Assembly: GCA_027064425.1 (NCBI GenBank) | Contig: JAMOPO010000015.1 | Span: forward strand, 365,959-429,958 | Direction of reading: 5' to 3' | DNA from: Methanobacteriota archaeon | GTDB taxonomy: Archaea > JAADCQ01 > Methanopyri > Methanopyrales > Methanopyraceae | Length of the DNA: 64,000 bases | In this document: positions 38,668 through 47,563 of the stretch, in pieces | Layout: each line of letters starts with the position of its first letter | Numbering within the stretch: the stretch's first letter is position 1 | Notes under the pieces: generated by a model | Databases searched by the model: none | The model's input: the letters and a program-made list of their open reading frames with translations, nothing else | What the model was told of the DNA's origin: nothing | Made by a program: the position numbers and the translations under genes

Positions 38668-39692
38668 GCCTCCCTACCCTCCTCAACGCTTAGTACGGGC
38701 TTGAGACCGGCGTCCTCGATGAGCTCGATTACCCGGTCGAGGTTGCCCGTGCGCGGGCTCCCCACGCCCTTAACCTCGTGCGGATGGTTGTCCGGGATGA
38801 CCGTCGCGAGGTTGTCCGCCCCCGCCATCAGGGCCACCTGCACCTCCTCGGGACCGATCGTCGGGGTCGGTGCGGTGATCATCAGGTCCGGGTACATCAG
38901 CCGGGCCACCGCCATCACCCGAGCCTGCTCCAGGAGCGGGCACCTCGGGTGATCCTCCATCGGGGTCCCGCGGTACGGGTTGAACCCCATGATCGGGATC
39001 TCCATGAGCGTCTCGAACCGGGCCAGGAACCGCAGGTGCCGGGCCCGATCCTCGCGGGACTCCCCGATGCCCACGAGGAGTCCACTCGAGAGGCCGATCC
39101 CGTGCTCGCACACGAGCTCGCAGACCCGGATCCGAGCGTCCAGGTCGTCGCCTGGCTTCAGGCGCTCGAAGAGCTCCCGGTTGATCGTCTCGAGATTGCA
39201 GCAGACGGTCTCCACGCCCAGCTCCCGAAGCTCCCGGACCGTCTCACGGGACAGGTCGTGGCCGAAGTTGATCAGGACGAGGAGGTCCGTGTTCTCTTTC
39301 ACCGCCCTCGCCGCCATGACGGCGAGCCGACCACCGTCACCCCGGTACGCGCCCGAGCAGCTCACGCGCGGGATGCCGGCCTCCTCGATCGCCTGGGCGG
39401 CCTCGGCCACCTCCTCGTAGGATCGTGTGAAGGGTCGGTCGTAGCCCTCCGGCGAGGCGCCGGCCGCGAACCCGCAGAACGCGCATCTAGGGCGGACCTT
39501 GCACTCGTTCGTCACGTGAACGGTGGACGTCAGCATCACCCGCTCGCCTCGGTGCTGTAGCCGCTCCTCGAAGGCGGTACGGAACAGGTCGTGAACGCGC
39601 GGACCCTTCGCGGAGAGCAGCCGCACTATCGCCTCCTCGTCGGCCTGGTGGCGGTCAGTCCGCACCTCGCGCAGGGCCCGCTTGAACCTCAA
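38613..39692 (-). CDS. hcgA: FeGP cofactor radical SAM protein HcgA
   Basis: CX5CX2C motif CKVRPRCAFC; BioB-like. Confidence 0.9.
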   Translation of the reverse strand: MRFKRALREVRTDRHQADEEAIVRLLSAKGPRVHDLFRTAFEERLQHRGERVMLTSTVHVTNECKVRPRCAFCGFAAGASPEGYDRPFTRSYEEVAEAAQAIEEAGIPRVSCSGAYRGDGGRLAVMAARAVKENTDLLVLINFGHDLSRETVRELRELGVETVCCNLETINRELFERLKPGDDLDARIRVCELVCEHGIGLSSGLLVGIGESREDRARHLRFLARFETLMEIPIMGFNPYRGTPMEDHPRCPLLEQARVMAVARLMYPDLMITAPTPTIGPEEVQVALMAGADNLATVIPDNHPHEVKGVGSPRTGNLDRVIELIEDAGLKPVLSVEEGREACLTCLERRASLSMQHSS

Positions 39693-40374
39693 CCTCGGTC
39701 CCCCAGGGGCAGCGTGGGTCGACCAGCTCGACCTCGACCGGGAGCCGCTCGTCCAGCTCGCGTCGCAGCTCCCGGAGCCCGGGCAGCTCGGTGGCGGCGT
39801 GGGTGGCGTCCACGCAGCTCACGCCCAGAAGCCGGGCTCGGAGCGCCACGTGGTGGGTCAGGTCCCCGGACACGACCACGCGGGCGCCGACCTCCGCCGC
39901 CAGCTCCACGAAGTCGGGCTTTGACAGGCCGAAGCCGGGGACGACGAGGACCCGGGACGCGTCGACCGTGGTCCTCACCACGCGCAGCTCCGGCGGTTCG
40001 AGCTCCGCCACCCGGTCCAGCAGCTCGGGCAGGGTGCCGTCGAACGAGCCCACCGCGGCGAGGTCGTGGGGGCGCTCGACGTCCTTCAGGCCGAGGAACT
40101 CGGCCAGGGCGGTGGCCCCGCTGACGGCGTCCCAATTGGAGTGGCAGACGATGATCGGGAAGCGGGCGTCCCGGAGCGGCTCCGGGACGGGGTGGTGGGA
40201 CACGACGAGCGTGGACTCGGGGATCCTGCGGGCGAGGTCGGGGAGGAGGTCCAGGCAGACCAGGACACGCTCGATCTCCTGGGACTCAGACCCGTTAACG
40301 AGGCCCACCTCGTCCCCCTCCACGGCGCGGTCGAAGGGGGCGAGCTCGTCGAGGAGGTCCAGGACTTCGCCCAC
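39655..40374 (-). CDS. hcgD: HcgD (Nif3-like)
   Basis: SHHP, HSNWD, GDLTHH, HAATE. Confidence 0.88.
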   Translation of the reverse strand: MGEVLDLLDELAPFDRAVEGDEVGLVNGSESQEIERVLVCLDLLPDLARRIPESTLVVSHHPVPEPLRDARFPIIVCHSNWDAVSGATALAEFLGLKDVERPHDLAAVGSFDGTLPELLDRVAELEPPELRVVRTTVDASRVLVVPGFGLSKPDFVELAAEVGARVVVSGDLTHHVALRARLLGVSCVDATHAATELPGLRELRRELDERLPVEVELVDPRCPWGTEVEVQAGPARGAD

Positions 40375-40375
40375 G

Positions 40376-41137
40376 CTAACTGCGCTCTCGGACCTCGAAC
40401 ATGAGCTCATCCAGGACTTCCCCGAGCACCTCGTCCGGGTCCACGGCTCCCTGAAGCTGGGAGACGGTCACCGCGGGTCGCTCCTTGGCCCGCTCGACAC
40501 CCTCCTCGGGGCGCTTGTAAACGAAGGTCCAGCGCTCCAGGTTGACGATCCCGGGGATCGCGTACAGGACGCCGTAGTGCCGCTCCAGCCGGTTGGCCGC
40601 CTCCCGCACGACCCGGATGGAGAGGGAGAACGTGCCGGAGGTCTTGACCTCGAACGGGGCGTCCATGAGCCGGAGCTCGTAGGACTCGACGCCGGCCTCC
40701 AGCCGCTCCTCGGTCTCGTTATGCTCCTCCACGCGCGGGTCGTTGAGCGTGCCCTCCGGGTTCTCCACGACGAGGATCTCGGGCTCGAGTCGCCGGAGCG
40801 TGCGCGGATCCACGCCGCCCAGCCCGGTAAAGTCGAGGACCACGTCGTACCGGCCCGGAGGCGGGATGCGGGCGGCCCGGAAGCGGACCTCGTCCGGGAG
40901 CAGATCCTCGACCACGGGCTCGGGATCGAGCACGGTTACGTCGTGGCCTTCCTCAACCAGAAGCTCGGACACGAAGACGCCGGTGAGGTAGCCGCCAAGA
41001 ACGAGCACCCGGGCGTCCTCGGGGACGACCTCGAGGACCTCCTCGGCCTTAAGGTAGCCGATCTCCTTGACGACGTCCCAGAACGGTCGCGAGGCCACGG
41101 TTTCGGTGAGGTCCGTGATACCGCGCTCGCCTCGCAA
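40376..41137 (-). CDS. hcgC: HcgC pyridinol methyltransferase
   Basis: GITD, GGYLTG, DFTGLGG, KTSGT. Confidence 0.88.
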   Translation of the reverse strand: MRGERGITDLTETVASRPFWDVVKEIGYLKAEEVLEVVPEDARVLVLGGYLTGVFVSELLVEEGHDVTVLDPEPVVEDLLPDEVRFRAARIPPPGRYDVVLDFTGLGGVDPRTLRRLEPEILVVENPEGTLNDPRVEEHNETEERLEAGVESYELRLMDAPFEVKTSGTFSLSIRVVREAANRLERHYGVLYAIPGIVNLERWTFVYKRPEEGVERAKERPAVTVSQLQGAVDPDEVLGEVLDELMFEVRERS

Positions 41138-41180
41138 GCGCCGCCCCGGGCGGAGGTAGGGTTGGGGGGATAAAAAGCGG

Positions 41181-42257
41181 TTACTCGGCCTTCTTGGAGT
41201 ACTCCTCGAGGACCTTCAGCGCCTTCGGCAGCAGGTCGGACTCCGCCAGCGGGCCGAAGTTCATGGAGTCGGCGGTGTTCGTCAGCGCGGCCGGGTCCAG
41301 ACCCTCCTCTAGCTTGTCCAGGCCCTGCTCCTCCATGTACTTCGCCATCATCTTCAGCGCCTCGGCGGCCATGTTCTGCGTGAAGTCCACCGGCGCGCCC
41401 AGCTGCTCGGTGCACGCGTCCCGGAACGTCAGCAGCGCGGCGTAGACGATGGCGGTCACCGCGCTCGCCATGTCGCACACCGGGCCCAGCAGGTAGCCCG
41501 GGACCTTGAACGCCAGCCCGCGAGCCTTCTTACCCAGCTCGTAGACCGCGTCCACGACCTCCTCGTCCGCGTAACCCTCCGCCACGAACACCTGACCCTT
41601 GTGCTCCGGCACGGTCGCCGGGTGGTAGGACGTCACCTGCAGGTCGTCGCGGCCCAGGTCCTCGAACATCTCCTTGAACTGCCGCGTCGGGATCGTGCAC
41701 GTGTTGGCGACCACGCACTCCTCCGGGATGTCGTCAACGATCCTCTTGAAGATCTTCGGCTGGACGCCGCCCTTCGGCAGCCACGAGATGATCAGGTCCG
41801 CGTCCTCCACGGCCTCGGAGTCGTCCGTCGTGATCTCGATCTTCAGCTTGTCCTCCATCTCCTCCGGCGTCAGGAAGTGGATCGCGCCCTCGGGCGGCTT
41901 AGGCACGTCGTCGGCGATGTCGTTCACGTAGTCCCGGATCTTCGGCATCACGTCCTCCGGATCGCCCTCCAGGTGCGCCTCGATGAACTCGTCCAGGTCG
42001 ACGCCGCAGTCCTCCTCGATGTCCACGACGGTGAACCCATCCTCCTCGAACACCGGGTCCGAGACGATGACCTCGTCCACGCCGGCCAGGTGCTTGAGCT
42101 CGACCGCGTACGTGATGCTCGAGTGCGTCAGCGCGGCCTCCTTGATGCCCGTCTCGTCCGCGACCTCACACGCGCGCTTGAACGTCGTGATGCCCGTCGC
42201 CGCGTGCGTTCGCCAGCAGCCCGCGCCCAGAATGGCAACCTTCTCGAACTCGACCAT
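41181..42257 (-). CDS. hmd: [Fe]-hydrogenase (H2-forming methylene-H4MPT dehydrogenase)
   Basis: KVAILGAGCWRTHAATGIT, WLPKG, CTIP Fe ligand, ADSMNFG. Confidence 0.96.
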   Translation of the reverse strand: MVEFEKVAILGAGCWRTHAATGITTFKRACEVADETGIKEAALTHSSITYAVELKHLAGVDEVIVSDPVFEEDGFTVVDIEEDCGVDLDEFIEAHLEGDPEDVMPKIRDYVNDIADDVPKPPEGAIHFLTPEEMEDKLKIEITTDDSEAVEDADLIISWLPKGGVQPKIFKRIVDDIPEECVVANTCTIPTRQFKEMFEDLGRDDLQVTSYHPATVPEHKGQVFVAEGYADEEVVDAVYELGKKARGLAFKVPGYLLGPVCDMASAVTAIVYAALLTFRDACTEQLGAPVDFTQNMAAEALKMMAKYMEEQGLDKLEEGLDPAALTNTADSMNFGPLAESDLLPKALKVLEEYSKKAE

Positions 42258-42351
42258 CCTGCCCACCCCGTCCGGGTCCCGACCGGAACTCGCGTTTTAG
42301 CGTATCGACCAGGGTCAAGGCTGAAAAGGCTAAAAGGGGTGGTACGCGCGC

Positions 42352-42909
42352 GTGCTCCGCGTGGCCACAGCCGAGTGCTTCACTCACGGATACGTCGGGC
42401 GGGAGATCCACGCCTCCGCGAGCGGCTACACCGGGGAGCTGGGGTCCGAGATCCTGGGCACGGAGTTGGAGGGACGCGTCTCGGTCGTGGCCGCCTGCTT
42501 CATCCCCACGATCTCCGGGCTCCGCGAGCTGCTCGGGGTCGACCCGCCCGAGCCTGATTACACCACGAAATCCGGTGCGAAGGCCTACTCGGAGGAGAAG
42601 GATCGGGAAGTGGCCAAGCTCATGGCTCGGGCCGTGCGGGAAAGGACCGGCGCCGACGTGGGCATCGGCACGACCGCCGGGGTCGGCCGCGGGGCGATCT
42701 GCCTCGACGACGGCGAGGTGACCGTCGTGGCCCGGACCGACGTGCGCGCGAACCTGCTGAAGCCGGACGAGAGGATTCTGGAGCGGCAGCGACAGGGCAT
42801 CCGCCGCGCGCTGAGGCTGTTCAAGGCGTACGTGGACGGCGAGCTCGAACGAGTGGTAAGAAAGGATTGGGTGGTCGAGGCCGAGGGCGTTACTCCGGAT
42901 CCTCCATGA
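42352..42909 (+). CDS. hcgF: HcgF thioesterase (UPF0254)
   Basis: VATAECFTHG, GTTAGVGRG. Confidence 0.9.
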   Translation: MLRVATAECFTHGYVGREIHASASGYTGELGSEILGTELEGRVSVVAACFIPTISGLRELLGVDPPEPDYTTKSGAKAYSEEKDREVAKLMARAVRERTGADVGIGTTAGVGRGAICLDDGEVTVVARTDVRANLLKPDERILERQRQGIRRALRLFKAYVDGELERVVRKDWVVEAEGVTPDPP

Positions 42910-43747
42910 GCCGCCGCTTGGACAGCACCCGCCCGTCCGGGGCGTGCGGAGTCCGCAGGACGGCGTCGTTGGACTTCTCGATCTCGCGCGCCTCGTCGGC
43001 AAGCTTGGCGGCCTGACGCATCATCTCGTGCGCGGACGCGACGATGGGCACGTACCGGTCCTTCTCCTGCTCCACGAAGCAGCCCTCGACGGTCACGTCC
43101 GCCACGTCCTCGGCGATCTCCAGCGCGGCCATCGCCTTCGCGCGCGCGTACGGGTTCTCGAACTCGTCCTTCAGCTCGTCCAGCAGCGTGTTCCGATCGA
43201 TGACCAGCCGCGGCAGGTCGTCCTCGGTGACCTCGCCCTCCTTCGCCCGCTCGATGAGCTCGTCTAGGGCCCGCTGGACCAGCCTCAGGACGCCCGTGGC
43301 CGCGAGCGTTTTCACCAGGTCGGCGTTGTACACGGCCATCTCGACCGGGTCCAGGAACTCGCGGCGGGCGCCGATCATAGCGTCCGGCTTGACGAGGATG
43401 TACCCCAGCCCCTGCTCCTCCATCTCGTCCTTCACCTTCAACCCCGGCGAGTCGCCGATGATCACGGCGGGGTAATCCGACTCCGAGAGCAGCTCCCGGG
43501 CCTTGGAGGGGCCGGGCGCGCCCGGGTTAGGGCCGCCGTACACGATGAAGTCTGGCTCGAAGTCCTCCGCCAGGTCCAGCGCCGTCTGAACGACGTCCTC
43601 CACGTACTCCGGGTCCATCTTGACCGAGCTGCTCAGAATGCGGAACTCCACGTCCTCCCGGTCGGCGCGCTCGTCCAGGAGCATGTCAACTAGCATGGTC
43701 GTGCCAAGGTTCCCGCACTTGATGAAGATAGCCCGAGCCTCGGACAT
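42890..43747 (-). CDS. mtd: F420-dependent methylene-H4MPT dehydrogenase
   Basis: KCGNLG, DERADRED, MIGARREFLDP, RTPHA. Confidence 0.96.
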   Translation of the reverse strand: MSEARAIFIKCGNLGTTMLVDMLLDERADREDVEFRILSSSVKMDPEYVEDVVQTALDLAEDFEPDFIVYGGPNPGAPGPSKARELLSESDYPAVIIGDSPGLKVKDEMEEQGLGYILVKPDAMIGARREFLDPVEMAVYNADLVKTLAATGVLRLVQRALDELIERAKEGEVTEDDLPRLVIDRNTLLDELKDEFENPYARAKAMAALEIAEDVADVTVEGCFVEQEKDRYVPIVASAHEMMRQAAKLADEAREIEKSNDAVLRTPHAPDGRVLSKRRLMEDPE

Positions 43748-43836
43748 CGCGACGCCCCGAGCGCGTTGAACCATCGGAAACTATCACGGGGTCGGTTCCT
43801 CCGTCATCGAAACGGCTATCACGGGGGTCGGGCGGC

Positions 43837-44496
43837 GTGGCCGGCGACGAGATCGCGGAGCTGGAGCGACGCAAGCGGCCCCGGGGAACCGTGCTGCTGT
43901 GCGGGGTGGGGCGGCTGGGGTTCCGCGTTTTCCTCAAGCTTTTGGAAACACATCGCGGAGGTCCAAAAACAATAGTGTGTGTGGACGGCCAGGAGGTGGA
44001 GCCGGACGACGTGATTCACCTACGGCACGGGGCCCGCGTGGGCGAGAACAAGGCCGAGTTCTGCGCGCGGCTGGGCCGCGCTCACCCGGACAGGGACGTC
44101 GTCGCCGTTCCGGAGTTCGTGCGGGAGGAGACCGCGGAGGGCCTGGTGGAGGAGTGGAAGCCGGACGCTGTGGTGGTCACGATCGCGGGCGGCCGCACCA
44201 CGCCCATCACGGCCAGGCTGGCGCGCGCGGGCCGCGAGGTGGGGGCGACCACGATCAGCACCGGCGGGGTCTTCGGGTACGGGGGCGAGGAGGTGGAGGT
44301 GGTGAGGCTGAGGGAGGCCTCGGGGCCCGTGGCCGAGGAGCTCCGGGAGCTGGGGGCGCCGGATGATCACCTGCTGGTGACCACGGGGCGCTACATCCGG
44401 GACCCCGACCCGATCACCCCTACCGTGCTGGACCGCGTGGCCCGCCGGCTAGTGGAGGTGGCGTTGAGGTCGCTGCCCAGCCCTGAGGAGGAGTAG
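43837..44496 (+). CDS. hcgE: HcgE (ThiF/E1-like adenylyltransferase)
   Basis: GVGRLG, HRGGP, IAGG.T, STGGVFG. Confidence 0.88.
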   Translation: MAGDEIAELERRKRPRGTVLLCGVGRLGFRVFLKLLETHRGGPKTIVCVDGQEVEPDDVIHLRHGARVGENKAEFCARLGRAHPDRDVVAVPEFVREETAEGLVEEWKPDAVVVTIAGGRTTPITARLARAGREVGATTISTGGVFGYGGEEVEVVRLREASGPVAEELRELGAPDDHLLVTTGRYIRDPDPITPTVLDRVARRLVEVALRSLPSPEEE

Positions 44497-45648
44497 CAGC
44501 CCGGCCCAGAGTGCCGCGGAGAGCACCGACAGGCCCGCGGTGACCAGGATCTGGGCGGTGGCGGTGGCGTCGAGGGCCCTGAAGCGCACCTCGTACAGCC
44601 CCGCCTCGCCCGCGGTCAAGGTCAGGGAGACCCGGCCCCTATCGTCCGTCGTCAGCTGGAGCGTCTGCGTCCCGTCCGGGCCGCTGACCTCGACCTGGAC
44701 GGGGAAGTCTGGGATCGGATCGCCCAGCCAGTCCGTGAGCTCGGCGGTGAGGGTGACCCGGCCCCCCGGCTGCGTGACGACGCTCTCCGGCGACAGGTGG
44801 ATTACCCAGTCCGCTGGCAGCCGTTTCGCGGCCCAGAGGATGGCGTACACGAACAGCTTGATCATGTCGGGGTCGCGGTCCCGGCGGCCCATGATCTCCG
44901 GATGCACGCTCATGATGGCGAACCGGCCCTTCTCGACGCCGTCGACAATCCAGCGGCCGACGACGTAGGCCCAGCCCTTGACCTTCTCGAGGTACTTGAT
45001 CACCCCGCGAACGTCGCAGTAGGCGCGGACGGTGTGCCAGCGCCTGTCGATGTAGTACTTGACCGTGTACCAGCCGCGCCTGAAGGCCATTCCGGGCCCG
45101 TTCGCGTAGTACATCCTCGTTTCGTAGGTGCTCCCCGGCTCGCTGGCGAGCGGGTTGGCCGGGTGCGGGAGCAGCAGCACGCGCGGCTCGGCGTGCCCCT
45201 TGAGCCCGTCAACCGCCTTGACGCACGGGAAGGCGCGGATGTACGTGGTTGCACCCGCGCAGATCCCCACGTAGCCCAGCCCCAGGTGGAGCTGCGCCCA
45301 CCGCAGCAGGTCGACCCAGTCTGAGCCCCAGTGATCCTCGGGCCGCCACCCGCCGGGCACGTAGACGACGTCGACGCGGCGGCCCGTCTTGGGATCGACG
45401 CCGGTGTACAGGATGTGTCGCCAGCGGTGCACGTTCTTGACCGGAATCAGCACCACTTTCTCCTTAACTGGGAGCTCCTGCAGGTGGCTGTTCCACCACT
45501 TCACGTCCCAAACGGAGGTGGTCCAGCAGTTGGTTTCCGGGTTGGGGTCGGTGTCTAGGCCCGGCCCGGTCCAGACGGCCACGTGAACCGTGGCGGTGGA
45601 GGGGAGTGGAAGCGTGAGGAGCGTCAAGAACGTTAGGACGTGACGCAT
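44449..45648 (-). CDS. Secreted, membrane-anchored protein with GATase/BPL-N-like and Ig-like domains
   Basis: Signal peptide, VPGG, YVGICAGA, NGP, HPE; beta-rich Ig-like domain; C-terminal TM. Confidence 0.7.
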   Translation of the reverse strand: MRHVLTFLTLLTLPLPSTATVHVAVWTGPGLDTDPNPETNCWTTSVWDVKWWNSHLQELPVKEKVVLIPVKNVHRWRHILYTGVDPKTGRRVDVVYVPGGWRPEDHWGSDWVDLLRWAQLHLGLGYVGICAGATTYIRAFPCVKAVDGLKGHAEPRVLLLPHPANPLASEPGSTYETRMYYANGPGMAFRRGWYTVKYYIDRRWHTVRAYCDVRGVIKYLEKVKGWAYVVGRWIVDGVEKGRFAIMSVHPEIMGRRDRDPDMIKLFVYAILWAAKRLPADWVIHLSPESVVTQPGGRVTLTAELTDWLGDPIPDFPVQVEVSGPDGTQTLQLTTDDRGRVSLTLTAGEAGLYEVRFRALDATATAQILVTAGLSVLSAALWAGLLLLLRAGQRPQRHLH

Positions 45649-45672
45649 GATCCTCCCTCGGCGGGCCAAAGC

Positions 45673-46023
45673 TCAGAAGAAAATAACGTTGTCGGACTCC
45701 TTGACCCAGCTCACCAGGTCGTGCATGGTGGCGATCTCAACGCCGTCGATGAAGTCGTCCTCGGAGAGCCCCCGGGCCTTGGAGCAGGGTCCGCAAGCCT
45801 TGACCTCCGCACCCTGCTCGATGCACTGCTTCAGCAGCTCCAGATGGTTGGGCACCTCGTCGGGGTCCTGGTCCCTCTTGGCCAGGTACACACCGTCCTC
45901 GATCAGGAAGATCTTGACGTCCTCACCCTCGACGAGGGCCGTGAGGGCGAACCTCAGGGCGGTGTAGGCGCGCTCCCGCCCGTACGGCGCTTGGGAGATG
46001 ATGACGGTGATCAACCCGCTCAC
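45673..46023 (-). CDS. DsrE/DsrF family protein
   Basis: APYG, FLIEDGV, CGPCSKARG. Confidence 0.88.
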   Translation of the reverse strand: MSGLITVIISQAPYGRERAYTALRFALTALVEGEDVKIFLIEDGVYLAKRDQDPDEVPNHLELLKQCIEQGAEVKACGPCSKARGLSEDDFIDGVEIATMHDLVSWVKESDNVIFF

Positions 46024-46115
46024 CCCGGCCGCCGGCTCATGGTAACCGGGTTATGGCTTGCCTTCGGGCGGATCGATGGTCATCGAGTTATTTCCGCGGA
46101 GTCTGGTCCGCAAAC

Positions 46116-46126
46116 TTTAAATATAA
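46116..46126 (+). promoter_or_regulatory. TATA box upstream of TIP49
   Basis: TTTAAATATAA about 30 nt before the ATG at 46157. Confidence 0.6.
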
Positions 46127-46156
46127 GTGCATGACAGTCACCGAGGGCTGCGGATT

Positions 46157-47527
46157 ATGGTCGAGATCAAGGAGATTACCGAGACTTCCACCGACGAGGA
46201 GGTGGCGTCCGGAGCGCATTCACACATCGCGGGACTTGGCCTGGATGAGAACCTGAAGGCCAAGCCGGTCGGAGATGGTCTGGTTGGCCAGGAGGAGGCG
46301 CGGGAGGCCGCCGGCATTATCGTAGAGATGGTGAAGGAGGGCCGGCGGGCCGGGCACGGTCTGCTCCTGGTTGGACCGCCCGGAACGGGCAAGACCGCGA
46401 TCGCGTACGGTATGGCCAAGGAGCTGGGTGAGGACGTCCCGTTCGTCTCGATCTCCGGCTCGGAGATTTACGGCACGAACCTGAGCAAGACGGAGTTCCT
46501 GCAGCAGGCGATCCGGCGGGCGATCGGCGTCGAGATCACGGAGACGCGAGAGGTGATCGAGGGTAAGGTGGAGAGCCTGGAGATCGAGCGTACGAAGCAC
46601 CCGCTCTCGCCGTACATGGAGATGCCCAGCGGGGCGATCCTGGAGGTCAGCACGCAGGATGACCGGAGGAAGTTCAAGGTGCCCGAGGAAATCGCCGTGC
46701 AGCTGGTGCAGGCGGGTGTGCGGGAGGGTGACGTGATCCAGATCGACCTGGAGAGTGGTCGGGTCACGAAGCTGGGTCGGGCGGAGGAGGAGCTGGAGAA
46801 GGAAGAGGAGGAGATCCTAGGCGTTCGGGCGGTGGAGGTGCCGGAGGGCCCGGTTCAGAAGAAGAAGGAGATTCGGCGCGTGGTCACGCTGCACGACCTG
46901 GACATGGCCAACGTGAGGGCTGGCCGGCTGCTGGGCTTCCGTGAGGAGGAGATCACGGACGAGATCCGGGAGAAGGTGGACGAGCAGGTGCAGAAGATGG
47001 TGGACGAGGGCGAGGCCAACCTGGTCCCGGGCGTCCTGTTCATTGACGAGGCTCACATGCTGGACATCGAGGCGTTCGCGTTCCTGAACCGATCCCTAGA
47101 GGAGGAGATCGCGCCCATCCTGGTGATGGCCACCAACCGGGCGATGGCGAAGGTCCGAGGCACGGACGAGGAGGCGCCGCACGGCATCCCGGGCGACCTG
47201 CTGGACCGGCTGCTGATCGCGCGGACGCGGCCGTTCAAGCGTGAGGAGATCCGCGAGATCATCGGCATCCGGGCGCGGGTGCAGGACATCGAGCTGACGG
47301 ATGAGGCGCACGAGTACCTGACCGACCTCGGCGAGGAGAAGTCGCTGCGGTACGCGACTCGGCTGCTCGAGCCGGCCCGGATCGTCGCGGAGAAGGAGGG
47401 CGACGACGTCGTCGACAAGAAGCACGTGGAGCGGGTCGAAGAGGTCTTCACCGACGTGTCGGACAGCGTGGAGTACATGGAGAAGATGCGCCGCGAGCTG
47501 CCGACGATGAAATACTTAACCGGGTAG
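46157..47527 (+). CDS. TIP49/RuvB-like AAA+ ATPase
   Basis: HSHIAGLGL, GPPGTGKT, FIDEAHML, PHGIP.DLLDR. Confidence 0.95.
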   Translation: MVEIKEITETSTDEEVASGAHSHIAGLGLDENLKAKPVGDGLVGQEEAREAAGIIVEMVKEGRRAGHGLLLVGPPGTGKTAIAYGMAKELGEDVPFVSISGSEIYGTNLSKTEFLQQAIRRAIGVEITETREVIEGKVESLEIERTKHPLSPYMEMPSGAILEVSTQDDRRKFKVPEEIAVQLVQAGVREGDVIQIDLESGRVTKLGRAEEELEKEEEEILGVRAVEVPEGPVQKKKEIRRVVTLHDLDMANVRAGRLLGFREEEITDEIREKVDEQVQKMVDEGEANLVPGVLFIDEAHMLDIEAFAFLNRSLEEEIAPILVMATNRAMAKVRGTDEEAPHGIPGDLLDRLLIARTRPFKREEIREIIGIRARVQDIELTDEAHEYLTDLGEEKSLRYATRLLEPARIVAEKEGDDVVDKKHVERVEEVFTDVSDSVEYMEKMRRELPTMKYLTG

Positions 47528-47563
47528 CCCCTCCCCCCACGCTTTTTTCAGGGGAGAACGACG

